Assembly (NCBI GenBank): GCA_965657355.1
Contig: CBFHOE010000004.1
Span: 111,584-175,583, forward strand
DNA from: Limisphaerales bacterium
Lineage (GTDB): Bacteria; Verrucomicrobiota; Verrucomicrobiia; Limisphaerales; JAJOIW01
Reading direction: 5' to 3'
DNA length: 64,000 bases
The translations under genes were made by a program, and so were the position numbers. Under the pieces are notes generated by a model. That model made no database searches, was not told where the DNA came from, and saw only the letters and a program-made list of their open reading frames with translations. Of the stretch, positions 49,251-58,555 are shown one piece after another (within the stretch, counting starts at the first letter, position 1; the number at the start of each line of letters is the position of its first letter).

Positions 49251-49934
49251 TCAATAATCTTTTCTCTTATAAACCCATCCTACCCAAAATCCGCAGAAGC
49301 TACCCAACAGAAGGCCTCCCATGACATCTGATAAGTAATGGCGGTTGACCTGCATTCTGGACCATCCGACGGCTACCGATAAAATGCAGGCCGGAGCAGC
49401 AAAATGGGGAGCTAAAAAGGCTAGGGCAGAAAGGGAAGCCGTTGTGGATGTTGTGTGCCCTGACGGAAATCCCTGGTATCTCGAATTCATCCTGAAATAG
49501 GTAAACTCTCCCCCGTCTTCCATATGTGGCCTTGCTCGGCCAAATGTGGGTCTGAAAACGTTGACTAAAATTCCTCCAATAATCCCGGCTACCAATACCC
49601 CGTATCCAACGCGCCTCCATGCTCGACGGCTTTTTGTAATCCCGGCGGCTATAAATATCCCCGAAACCAAAAGTGTCGAATATTGAAATTCTCCGAATTC
49701 GCTGAGATATTGAGCGGCTTTATGGGTGTGTGATGGTGTGGGTTGCTGTATTTGTGTTAAGATGCTTTTGTCTTGCCCGCTAAATATTATTCCCAAAATA
49801 GGAAGTGAACCCAAGACGAGGCCTGTGAGCAGGACTTGAGATTTTTGGCGAAAAAACGACCGTGAGCCATTTAAAAACCAGATAAAGGCCATGCCAATTT
49901 TATTCAGCCAATGATGACCTGAGTTTTCGGACAT
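49251..49934 (-). CDS. PAP2 family membrane phosphatase
   Basis: GRARP, FPSGHT and SRMQVNRHYLSDV. Confidence 0.9.
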   Translation of the reverse strand: MSENSGHHWLNKIGMAFIWFLNGSRSFFRQKSQVLLTGLVLGSLPILGIIFSGQDKSILTQIQQPTPSHTHKAAQYLSEFGEFQYSTLLVSGIFIAAGITKSRRAWRRVGYGVLVAGIIGGILVNVFRPTFGRARPHMEDGGEFTYFRMNSRYQGFPSGHTTSTTASLSALAFLAPHFAAPACILSVAVGWSRMQVNRHYLSDVMGGLLLGSFCGFWVGWVYKRKDY

Positions 49935-49984
49935 GCAGAGACCATAATAAATGGGGCATTGCAGTCAATAATTCGCTGAGATGT

Positions 49985-49993
49985 TGTGGATAA
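49985..49993 (-). promoter_or_regulatory. Perfect DnaA box (TTATCCACA) upstream of dnaB
   Basis: Plus strand TGTGGATAA, 71 bp before the dnaB ATG, in the divergent intergenic region. Confidence 0.55.
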
Positions 49994-50064
49994 AAAATAT
50001 GACCTTTTTCTTTGAGGATGCTATCGATCAGTTCATGATACATTTTCTTATAGAAAAATAATTA

Positions 50065-51516
50065 ATGAGCGATCAAGAGTTTGATTTTAATGGTCGGGTT
50101 AAAGGCAAAAAGCAAGAGAAGAAGGATTTTGACAATCGCCTCGACAGATTGCCCCCCCATTCTATAGAAGCGGAAATGGGTTCTCTGAGTTGTATTTTAC
50201 AAGCTCCAAACGAATCTATTCCAGATTGCATTCAAGCATTTCAGGGGCAGTCAGAGCCGTTTTATGATCTTCGGCACAAGGTTTTGTATGAAACGGTCAT
50301 AAAGATGTATGATGGTAAGAAACCCATTGACCTGATAACAGTCCAACAGGAATTGAGAAATGTGAATGTCCTGGACACTATTGGTGGACTGCCCTATCTG
50401 CAAGAAGTAATCGATTTTGTGGGTTCACCCGTCAATTTGCCCACATATGTTGGCATTGTCAGAGAAAAATATCTTTTAAGGAGAATGATCCAGACCTGTG
50501 TCAGGGCTGTTAATGATGCATATGACCATGAGGGTGAAATAGACCGGTTAATGGATGAAGTCGAGCGGGACGTGCTCAAGGTGAATCAAGAAAGAGCAGG
50601 AGAGGGAAATCTCAATATGAAGCAGCTTGTTTCTGAGGTCATTACTCAAATTGAAGATTTCCACACCAGGGACGGCAGCCTAATAGGCTTGTCTAGCGGG
50701 ATTAAAGACCTGGATAAGATGACAATGGGATTGAAAGGGGGAGAAATGTTTGTGATTGCAGCCCGGCCAAGTATGGGGAAAACGTCCTTATCCATGAATA
50801 TTGTTGAATCTATCGCCGTCGATCAAAATATACCAACTGGAGTTTTTAGTTTGGAAATGACAGCTCAAAGCCTTGTAATGAGAATGGTTTGTGCCCGAGC
50901 ACAAATCAGCAGTCGCGACATTATTAATGGTCTGATGGATAAGCCAGATTTCGCCAGGTTAACACGGGCGGCTGCCGATATGAGCAGTGCTCCACTCCAT
51001 ATTGATGATACTCCGGGGCTTTCGATTCTGCAGTTGCGAGCAAAAGCTCGACGGATGGCCCAACAACATGGCATAAAATTCATAGTCATCGATTATATGC
51101 AGTTGTTGCACTCAACGGCTTCTCGGGCCGACAACAGGCAGCAAGAAATCGCTGATATTTCAAATGGCGTCAAATCGTTAGCTAAGGAGCTCAATCTTCC
51201 GGTTATCGTATTGAGTCAGTTGAATAGGGAATTTGAAAAAGACAAGAATAGAAAACCGCGCTTGTCGGATCTGCGAGAATCAGGTTCGATTGAGCAGGAC
51301 GCTGATATCGTCGGCTTGTTGTATCGGGCCGAATCCGGAAATGAGGATGATCCAGAATCAGAATCAGATCTTAATGAGGCTGTCCCCGTGAATTTGCTGA
51401 TAGCAAAACAACGGAATGGCCCTACTGGAGACGTTTATCTTGTCTTCAGACGCAACATTACTCGGTTCGAATGCCGGGCAGCGGAGGATCTTTCAGCTGG
51501 AGTTCCTCACGCCTAA
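50065..51516 (+). CDS. dnaB: Replicative DNA helicase
   Basis: PPHSIEAE, AARPSMGKT, FSLEM, IDYMQL, LSQLNR, DLRESGSIEQDAD and KQRNGPTG. No intein. Confidence 0.97.
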   Translation: MSDQEFDFNGRVKGKKQEKKDFDNRLDRLPPHSIEAEMGSLSCILQAPNESIPDCIQAFQGQSEPFYDLRHKVLYETVIKMYDGKKPIDLITVQQELRNVNVLDTIGGLPYLQEVIDFVGSPVNLPTYVGIVREKYLLRRMIQTCVRAVNDAYDHEGEIDRLMDEVERDVLKVNQERAGEGNLNMKQLVSEVITQIEDFHTRDGSLIGLSSGIKDLDKMTMGLKGGEMFVIAARPSMGKTSLSMNIVESIAVDQNIPTGVFSLEMTAQSLVMRMVCARAQISSRDIINGLMDKPDFARLTRAAADMSSAPLHIDDTPGLSILQLRAKARRMAQQHGIKFIVIDYMQLLHSTASRADNRQQEIADISNGVKSLAKELNLPVIVLSQLNREFEKDKNRKPRLSDLRESGSIEQDADIVGLLYRAESGNEDDPESESDLNEAVPVNLLIAKQRNGPTGDVYLVFRRNITRFECRAAEDLSAGVPHA

Positions 51517-51529
51517 AGATAAAAAACGA

Positions 51530-53980
51530 ATGAAGTTAAAGTTTTTCAGATACGCTGTATTGGTCGTGCTCTTATGCTGGGGGAATGCGAACACCCAAGA
51601 GACAGGTGGATTGCAAACCTCAACAGTGACCAAGATTGGGATACACCATATTGGACCCGCGGCTGCGAGTGAATCGATGATTCGTTCGCACATCAGGACC
51701 ACTGAAGGGAAAGAGTATAACCCAAACATGCTGGATGATGACGTCCGCAATTTATATAAAACAGGGTTTTTCCAGCTGGTTCGGGTGACGAGAGACCCAA
51801 TGGCGGAAGGAATGTCGGTTACTTTTGTTTTACAGGGAAAGCCTATTGTCACCGATATGACTTTCGTTGGGAATGAGAAATACAGTGCAGGAAAGTTGCT
51901 CAAAGAAGTTGATACAGTTGTCGGCGAGCCCATCGATGACAGAAAGCTGTTTTTTGATGCACAGGCCATTGAAGATTTTTACCAGAGAAAAGGCTATTAC
52001 GACATTGAGGTCACTATCGAAAAACAAGTTAGTGAGCTTAGCGGTCGTGGAAGCGTGCGATTTGTCATTGACGAAGGCGAGAAAATAAAAATCAAAGACG
52101 TCGTTTTTAATGGTGTCGATGGATTCACTCAAAAAGAATTGCGCAAAGTTTTAGATACAAAGCGCACGTGGTGGCTCGCCTGGTTAACCGGTGATGGCAA
52201 ACTTAAACGAGAAGTTTTGGAAGATGACAGAGAGAGGCTCAACGCGTTTTTCAGGAACGAGGGGTTTTTAGATATCGAGATTACCAATTTTCAAATTGAA
52301 CAAGTCGATGCTAATAAAGTTGTTCTTGTTTTCAACATAGAGCAAGGCCAAAAGTATGTTACGGGTGATATTGAGTTCTCAGGTAATACATTATACACCA
52401 AAGAAGAGCTGGAAGAGGCCATGGAAATGAAGCCTTCAGAAACCTTTTCACCAAAAGGTTTCTCTGATAACCGCAAGGCTGTATACGATCTCTACGACTC
52501 TCGCGGTTACATCGATTCACGAGTCCGGATTGATCAAGATCCAAACATAGAGACAGGTAAGATAGATCTCAAATATGAAATTGATGAGGGTCAGCAATCC
52601 TACATTGATAGAATCCTGATTCAAGGGAACACTAGAACTAAGGATAAAGTCATCCGACGCGAGTTGGCCGTAAACCCAGGTGAAGTCTATGACAACCTTC
52701 GAGTCGAGGTGAGCAAGAAAAGAATTGAGCGGCTCAATTTATTTGCAGCTGTGGAAGTCGAGCCATTAGAGACGGACGTGCCAAACCGCAGGGATCTTTC
52801 TCTGACCGTCACTGAAAAAAGTACTGCCAAACTTCAGTTTGGTGCCGGATTCTCCACAGTCGACAACATTATCGGATTTGTTGAATTCAGCGAGTCCAAC
52901 TTTGACATTGGTAAATGGTCTTACCCTAAGTTCCAAGGTGCTGGTCAAAAACTGAGGATGAGGGCGCAAATGGGTGCTCGAAGGCAGGATTACACCATCC
53001 GATTTATTGAGCCTTGGTTTTTGGATAAGAAGCTTCAATTGGGAGTTGATCTCTTTCATAGAGATCTGAATTTTAACAGTGATGACTACAGCGAATCGAG
53101 GACAGGTGGAAAAGTCACCCTCACCAAGCCAATTCTTGAAAACTGGGTATCCGGGTTGAGGGGGTCGCTCGGGTATGGGATCGAGCGGGTTAAATTGAAC
53201 TTCGACACAGCCGGTATCTCCCGCGCAGAATCTGTCGCGATTCAGAACAAGTTGGAAAACAACATCCCACTAACACCTGCTGAGCAGGCGGCTATTGATA
53301 CCGGCCGGCAATCCTTGATTTCTCCCGATTTGGTTGCCGAGGAAACTGGTACAAGATGGGTGTCTAAAGGTTTGGCTGGCATTGCCTACGATACTCGCCG
53401 AGGTGACCCACTTTTCCCTTCCAGTGGCACCCTAACAAAGCTTGATGCGACTCTCACAGGAGGTCCCCTTGGCTTTGACACAGACTATTATAGTTTAGAA
53501 GCAAAATCTCGATGGTATTTTCCTGGAGCCTTTAGAGGGCATACCATCCAAGTCAAAGGCGATCTTGGGGTCATGGATGCGTTCGGGGATTCCGACCAGG
53601 TCCCACTATTTGACCGCTACTTTCTCGGTGGTGCCTACAATTTGAGAGGCTATGATTTCAGGGAAGTCGGCCCAAGAGATACTTTTTTGAATGGGGAGCC
53701 GCTCGGTGGAAATACCTATTGGCTGGGAACCGTTGAATATATCATTCCTTTGATTGAGCAACTCAAATTCGCGGTTTTCTACGATATAGGAAACGTATAT
53801 CCCGACGCTTATGCCTTTAACCAATTTAGCGAATTTAGTGATGACTGGGGCGTTGGGTTAAGATTGCAGACACCTTTAGGACCACTGAAACTTGATTATG
53901 CCATTCCCATTGGAGATAATGATGGATATGGCAGGGATGACGGTGTCGTCCAATTCGGGATCACTGTGAGAGAATTTTGA
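51530..53980 (+). CDS. bamA: Outer membrane protein assembly factor BamA
   Basis: Signal peptide, POTRA repeats (GNTRTKDKVIRRE), barrel with LRGY, TPLGPLKLDYA and C-terminal Phe. ATG at 51530 lies just after the dnaB stop. Confidence 0.95.
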   Translation: MKLKFFRYAVLVVLLCWGNANTQETGGLQTSTVTKIGIHHIGPAAASESMIRSHIRTTEGKEYNPNMLDDDVRNLYKTGFFQLVRVTRDPMAEGMSVTFVLQGKPIVTDMTFVGNEKYSAGKLLKEVDTVVGEPIDDRKLFFDAQAIEDFYQRKGYYDIEVTIEKQVSELSGRGSVRFVIDEGEKIKIKDVVFNGVDGFTQKELRKVLDTKRTWWLAWLTGDGKLKREVLEDDRERLNAFFRNEGFLDIEITNFQIEQVDANKVVLVFNIEQGQKYVTGDIEFSGNTLYTKEELEEAMEMKPSETFSPKGFSDNRKAVYDLYDSRGYIDSRVRIDQDPNIETGKIDLKYEIDEGQQSYIDRILIQGNTRTKDKVIRRELAVNPGEVYDNLRVEVSKKRIERLNLFAAVEVEPLETDVPNRRDLSLTVTEKSTAKLQFGAGFSTVDNIIGFVEFSESNFDIGKWSYPKFQGAGQKLRMRAQMGARRQDYTIRFIEPWFLDKKLQLGVDLFHRDLNFNSDDYSESRTGGKVTLTKPILENWVSGLRGSLGYGIERVKLNFDTAGISRAESVAIQNKLENNIPLTPAEQAAIDTGRQSLISPDLVAEETGTRWVSKGLAGIAYDTRRGDPLFPSSGTLTKLDATLTGGPLGFDTDYYSLEAKSRWYFPGAFRGHTIQVKGDLGVMDAFGDSDQVPLFDRYFLGGAYNLRGYDFREVGPRDTFLNGEPLGGNTYWLGTVEYIIPLIEQLKFAVFYDIGNVYPDAYAFNQFSEFSDDWGVGLRLQTPLGPLKLDYAIPIGDNDGYGRDDGVVQFGITVREF

Positions 53981-54017
53981 TCGAAATCTGCCACAAATCA
54001 TTTAGTCTATAAAAACA

Positions 54018-54626
54018 ATGAAGTTATCAGCACTAGTATTCACATTTGTCATTTGTCTCTTTTCGGCAACATCGGTTTCTGCTCAGCAAAATATTGCTGT
54101 TGTGGATTTGCAAAAGGTTTTTGATGGTTATTACAAAACTAAAGAAGCAGACAAAGAGTTAAAAGCACAGGGCCAGGAACTGGACCGCACTCTCAAAGAA
54201 ATGCTTGAAAACCACAAAGCGAAGCTAGCTGAGGTTGAAAGTTCAAGGCAAAACGCCACAAACCCAGCTCTCAGCCAGGTCGAAAGAGAACGCTTAGCTA
54301 AGGAATCTGACTCAAAACTTAACGACCTTCGAGTTCTTGAAGGAAATATTCAAAAATTTGATCAAACATCCAAATCACGTCTTGCACAAATGCAGCTCGA
54401 TTACAGACAGAAAATAATCAAAGAGCTTAGCGAGGTCATTAAAACCATAGCGCTGCAAAAAGGGTTCGATATGGTTATCGATTCTGCGGCTAAGAGTAAA
54501 AATGACACTCCCATTGTTCTCTTCTCCAACGGGAAAACTGACATCACAGACGAGACCATCAAGGAGGCTAACAAATCTAAAAACGCTAGCTTAGCACCCA
54601 CAGGTTTGTCGCCATTAGGTCAATAG
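54018..54626 (+). CDS. skp: OmpH/Skp periplasmic chaperone
   Basis: Signal peptide, IAVVDLQKVF, long coiled coil and DIT. Directly follows bamA. Confidence 0.92.
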   Translation: MKLSALVFTFVICLFSATSVSAQQNIAVVDLQKVFDGYYKTKEADKELKAQGQELDRTLKEMLENHKAKLAEVESSRQNATNPALSQVERERLAKESDSKLNDLRVLEGNIQKFDQTSKSRLAQMQLDYRQKIIKELSEVIKTIALQKGFDMVIDSAAKSKNDTPIVLFSNGKTDITDETIKEANKSKNASLAPTGLSPLGQ

Positions 54627-54650
54627 TAGCTTTCCTCATTTGATTCTTTG

Positions 54651-54692
54651 GCGCAGATGGGATCGTTTCCTCATCTGCGTTTGTTTTATTTT
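54651..54692 (+). terminator. Rho-independent terminator after skp
   Basis: GCGCAGATGGG...CTCATCTGCGT stem (~11 bp including G-U pairs), followed by TTGTTTTATTTT. Confidence 0.7.
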
Positions 54693-54722
54693 AGAAAAGG
54701 AGAAAATACATTTACCTTAAAT

Positions 54723-56075
54723 ATGCCAAGTGTGTTTATAAAGACATATGGTTGTCAGATGAATGAGAGGGATTCTGAAGCTGTGGCGTCGCAGCTTGTT
54801 GACAACGGTTATGAATTAGCTCTCTCTGAACGTTCAGCCGATGTCATTCTATTGAATACATGCAGCGTAAGAGACATGGCTGAACAAAAGGCCATTGGAA
54901 AGATGCAAAACCTTGTCGCTGAGTCCAAAAGAAATAAACCTCAGCAGATTATGGGGTTCTTGGGATGCATGGCTCAAAGCCGAGGTGAAGAGTTAGTCAA
55001 AAATATTCCTGGCGTAAAACTCGTCCTCGGGACTCAAAAGTTTCACCGAGCCCCTGAGTATCTCGATCAAATTTTCTCGGGAGCATCCAAATCTATCGTT
55101 GATATAGAAGAAGAAAAAGGTAGCGAATCCACTATCAGAGAGCACCTCCCAGCGACACCGGGAACCAAACAAGCTGTTTCTACCTTTGTGTCAATCATGC
55201 AAGGTTGTAATCAACATTGTTCCTTTTGCATCGTACCTTTTACCCGCGGACATGAAAGGTGCCGACCTATTGATGAAATTGTGGATGAGTGCCGGAACCT
55301 CGTCGCTCGCGGAGTCAAAGAGGTCACTCTTTTAGGGCAAATTGTCAATTCTTATGGCAAACGAGATATTCCTTTGAAGGATGGGAAATCTGGATTCGTT
55401 CAATTGCTCGAGGCTGTTAACGAGATCAAAGGATTGGATAGGATTCGTTTTACCTCCCCGCACCCAAAAGGATACGGAATGGATTTGGTAGAAGCCTACG
55501 CGCGGTTGCCCAAATTATGTGAAAGTGCTCACATACCTCTGCAGAGCGGCTCTAACCGATTGTTAAAGCTCATGAGGCGTCAATACACAAGAGAAAGATT
55601 CATGGAACTTGTGGCCCAATTGAGGTCTGTGACTCCAAATATTGGCTTGTCGACCGACATAATTGTTGGATTCCCGGGTGAGACAGAGGAGGATTTTCTT
55701 CAAACAGTTGATATCGTCAAAGAAGTAGAATTTGATCAAGCCTACATCTTTCGTTACAGCAAAAGAAAGAATACTCCCGCATCCGAAATGGCAAATCAAC
55801 TTTCCGAATCAATCAAAGAGGAGAGAAATCAGCATCTTCTGAAAGTCATGAATGAAATTGGAGAGAAGAGATTCAATACTTTTATCGGGAAGTCTGTTGA
55901 GGTTTTAGTGACTGGACCCAGCCGCAAAAATTCGGCTAGGCTAGAAGGGAGAACCAGGTGCCATAAAATAGTTGTCTTTGAAGGGAATCAAAGACTTATC
56001 GGTCAAACGATACCAATTCAGATTCAAAGGGTTGGATCATTCACCTTATACGGAGACCCTGTCATACATAACTGA
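54723..56075 (+). CDS. miaB: tRNA-2-methylthio-N6-dimethylallyladenosine synthase MiaB
   Basis: TYGCQMN..DSE, NTCSVR, GCMAQ, GCNQHCSFCIVP, RFTSPHP and a TRAM domain. ATG at 54723 lies after the terminator. Confidence 0.95.
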   Translation: MPSVFIKTYGCQMNERDSEAVASQLVDNGYELALSERSADVILLNTCSVRDMAEQKAIGKMQNLVAESKRNKPQQIMGFLGCMAQSRGEELVKNIPGVKLVLGTQKFHRAPEYLDQIFSGASKSIVDIEEEKGSESTIREHLPATPGTKQAVSTFVSIMQGCNQHCSFCIVPFTRGHERCRPIDEIVDECRNLVARGVKEVTLLGQIVNSYGKRDIPLKDGKSGFVQLLEAVNEIKGLDRIRFTSPHPKGYGMDLVEAYARLPKLCESAHIPLQSGSNRLLKLMRRQYTRERFMELVAQLRSVTPNIGLSTDIIVGFPGETEEDFLQTVDIVKEVEFDQAYIFRYSKRKNTPASEMANQLSESIKEERNQHLLKVMNEIGEKRFNTFIGKSVEVLVTGPSRKNSARLEGRTRCHKIVVFEGNQRLIGQTIPIQIQRVGSFTLYGDPVIHN

Positions 56076-56090
56076 ATTTAAAAAATATTC

Positions 56091-56639
56091 ATGAACTTTT
56101 CACAAATAACAATCGTTCTTGGTTTGATAGCTTTAGCGGCATCCATTTATGGACTCTTGAATCAAGAAAAATTTAAACAATGGGCATTATCTTTCCCTAG
56201 ATCCAATGTCTGGGGGTATTTTTTTATGGGCGTTTCTACTGGCTGGTTCCTTTACAATTTTAGCTCAGAAAATATTGCAGACTTTGAAAGAATAAAGAAT
56301 CTAATGCTTCTATTATTTCTCGCTGTCGGAGTAGGAGCTATGCTTTGGGTCAAAGATTATTTGGCTGTGCGCGGGTTTTCTGTTTTTATCATTCTTTTGG
56401 CACACACAATAGTAGAGCTTTCGCGCGAGGTTCCCACGCAATGGAGATTGGTCATGGTTGCCATCTCTTACGCCTACGTCCTATTCGGAATCATTTGTAC
56501 GATTAAGCCATATTTGATGAGAGATCTTATTCATTGGGCTACAAATTCGTCGTCTCGCCTCAAGATTCTTCTCATTATACGCGGTGCGATAGGAGTTCTC
56601 CTTTTCATCCTTGGACTGACTCAATTTAAAGGTTATTGA
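56091..56639 (+). CDS. Hypothetical membrane protein (about 6 TM)
   Basis: 182-aa hydrophobic ORF in operon context with miaB. Confidence 0.75.
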   Translation: MNFSQITIVLGLIALAASIYGLLNQEKFKQWALSFPRSNVWGYFFMGVSTGWFLYNFSSENIADFERIKNLMLLLFLAVGVGAMLWVKDYLAVRGFSVFIILLAHTIVELSREVPTQWRLVMVAISYAYVLFGIICTIKPYLMRDLIHWATNSSSRLKILLIIRGAIGVLLFILGLTQFKGY

Positions 56640-56685
56640 AGTTGGCACCTCAGGGATCACGCTGCATTTTGTGTAAGGAAATCCT

Positions 56686-57639
56686 ATGGCGAACAAAAAT
56701 AAGATTTTGGTAATCCGGGGTGGAGCTATTGGCGATTTCATCCTGACACTGCCCGTTTTCTCAGCGCTCAAAGAACAATTTCCAAAATCCCAGATTGATG
56801 TTTTAGGTTATGCCCATATCGCAGAATTGGCGCTTCTATCTGGACATGTCGACCAAGTGCACTCTATCGAGGCACGGGGACTCGCTGGTTATTTCGCAAA
56901 AAATGGAGACTTGGATAAGAAATTAAAAGATTTGTTCAATACTTATGGGCTAATCATTTCTTACCTTTACGATCCACAGGAAATTTTCAAAACAAACGTT
57001 GCAAAAATCTCTGATGCTCAATTTATTATTGGACCTCACCGTCCTGATGACTCTGGGCATGTCCACGCTACTGAGGTTTTCCTGGACCCGCTTAAGGCAT
57101 TGGCTATTTTTGAACCAGATATACGCCCTAAAATTTCTGGTGATTTACTTCCTGTTGCTCCAATAGAAATCAAGAAAACGGATCGCCAATTTTTACTCGC
57201 TATTCATCCAGGAAGTGGTAGCGAAAAAAAGAATTGGCCTGAAGAAAATTGGGTGACTTTAATAAAAAATCTTATTGCAGAAACTGATATCAAATTTCTG
57301 CTTGTTGGAGGAGAATCCGAAAGGGAAAGGTACATTAATATTTCTCGAATTATTCCAAGTGATAGAAAATATGAAAGTTATTCTTTACCTCTTAGCGAGC
57401 TGGCTAGCTGCTTGAGTAAGGCTGACGGATTTCTCGGACACGACAGTGGGTTATCCCATCTGGCCGCCGCAGTTGGGATTGAAGGAATCGTCCTCTGGCC
57501 TCATACGAACCCTCGGGTTTGGGCCCCGAGGTCGGAAAAGATGAGGCTCGTTTATAATGAAAGCGGTATCGCCTATATCACGGTAATGGAAGTCTTTGAC
57601 AGAATTTTAAAATTCTTTATCAACAAACAAAATTCTTAA
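56686..57639 (+). CDS. Glycosyltransferase family 9 (LPS heptosyltransferase-like)
   Basis: ILVIRGGAIGDFILTLP, IHPGSGS..KNWP and GHDSGLSHLAAA. Confidence 0.9.
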   Translation: MANKNKILVIRGGAIGDFILTLPVFSALKEQFPKSQIDVLGYAHIAELALLSGHVDQVHSIEARGLAGYFAKNGDLDKKLKDLFNTYGLIISYLYDPQEIFKTNVAKISDAQFIIGPHRPDDSGHVHATEVFLDPLKALAIFEPDIRPKISGDLLPVAPIEIKKTDRQFLLAIHPGSGSEKKNWPEENWVTLIKNLIAETDIKFLLVGGESERERYINISRIIPSDRKYESYSLPLSELASCLSKADGFLGHDSGLSHLAAAVGIEGIVLWPHTNPRVWAPRSEKMRLVYNESGIAYITVMEVFDRILKFFINKQNS

Positions 57640-57640
57640 A

Positions 57641-58525
57641 ATGAAAGAACATACATCAGAGTTATTTTTTGACTCCAAATCCATCCTTTCTGAAGGTCCT
57701 GGATACCACCCTGAAAAGAATAAAATTCTGTGGGTGGATATTGAAGCAGGAATTATTAACGAGTTGGATTTCGACACTAAAATAAACAAGCAAATACTTT
57801 TGGGCGGGAAAGTAGGTTTTGCCGTTTATGACGCAAACAGCTCTATTGTGGCCGGTGCTCAAAATGGATTTATCCGAGTGGATCCGCAAACAGGCGGTCT
57901 AACCAATATTGGCAATCCTGAAGAAAGTTTTAAGGATAATCGCTTCAATGATGGTAAAGCTGGCCCCGACGGAAATATTTGGGCAGGAACGATGAGCGTT
58001 CATGAAACACCCAAAGCAGGTTCATTTTATAAACTAGATTCGCCAAATTTGGATATCCAAAAACAATTCGGGAATGTGACCATTTCAAATGGCCTGGCAT
58101 GGGATCTCGAGGCGAATATCTTTTACTACATTGATACGCCCACTATGTCTATAGACGCCTTTGACTTTGATTTAGATAATAGCCAAATTTCTAACCGGAG
58201 AACAGTTGTGAAAATACCTGATGGAGTGGGCTATCCGGATGGAATGACAATAGATGATGAGGGCAATTTATGGGTTGCCATGTGGGCCGGTTGGGGCGTG
58301 CTGAAATTTAATCCCAAAACTGGCCATTTAGTGGAAAAAGTTTCCGTCCCGGTCGAATGTGTGTCAGCTTGTTGCTTTGCAGGCCCAGAGCGAGATGCAT
58401 TGGTGATAACGAGCTCCAGTCGCGATCTTAAACCGGGCCAGGAACTAGAGCAACCCCACGCAGGTTCACTCTTCGTCGCTTACCCAGGAGCTAAAGGACC
58501 ATCAGCTAATATTTTTGCCGGTTGA
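57641..58525 (+). CDS. SMP-30/gluconolactonase/LRE family protein
   Basis: LSEGP, WVDI, NRFNDGK, ISNGLAW and PDGMTIDDEGNLWVA. Confidence 0.92.
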   Translation: MKEHTSELFFDSKSILSEGPGYHPEKNKILWVDIEAGIINELDFDTKINKQILLGGKVGFAVYDANSSIVAGAQNGFIRVDPQTGGLTNIGNPEESFKDNRFNDGKAGPDGNIWAGTMSVHETPKAGSFYKLDSPNLDIQKQFGNVTISNGLAWDLEANIFYYIDTPTMSIDAFDFDLDNSQISNRRTVVKIPDGVGYPDGMTIDDEGNLWVAMWAGWGVLKFNPKTGHLVEKVSVPVECVSACCFAGPERDALVITSSSRDLKPGQELEQPHAGSLFVAYPGAKGPSANIFAG

Positions 58526-58555
58526 GTTTGAGTCTCAAAACTCCAAGGCTAAGTA

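Noticed and set aside
49935..50064. oriC at the dnaB upstream region
   Set aside because: Only one clear DnaA box in a 130-bp gap, with no box cluster.
51416..51529. Upstream start for bamA
   Set aside because: It overlaps the 3' end of dnaB. The ATG at 51530 begins the signal peptide.
54648..54722. Upstream TTG start for miaB
   Set aside because: It runs through a terminator hairpin, and MiaB homology begins at 54723.
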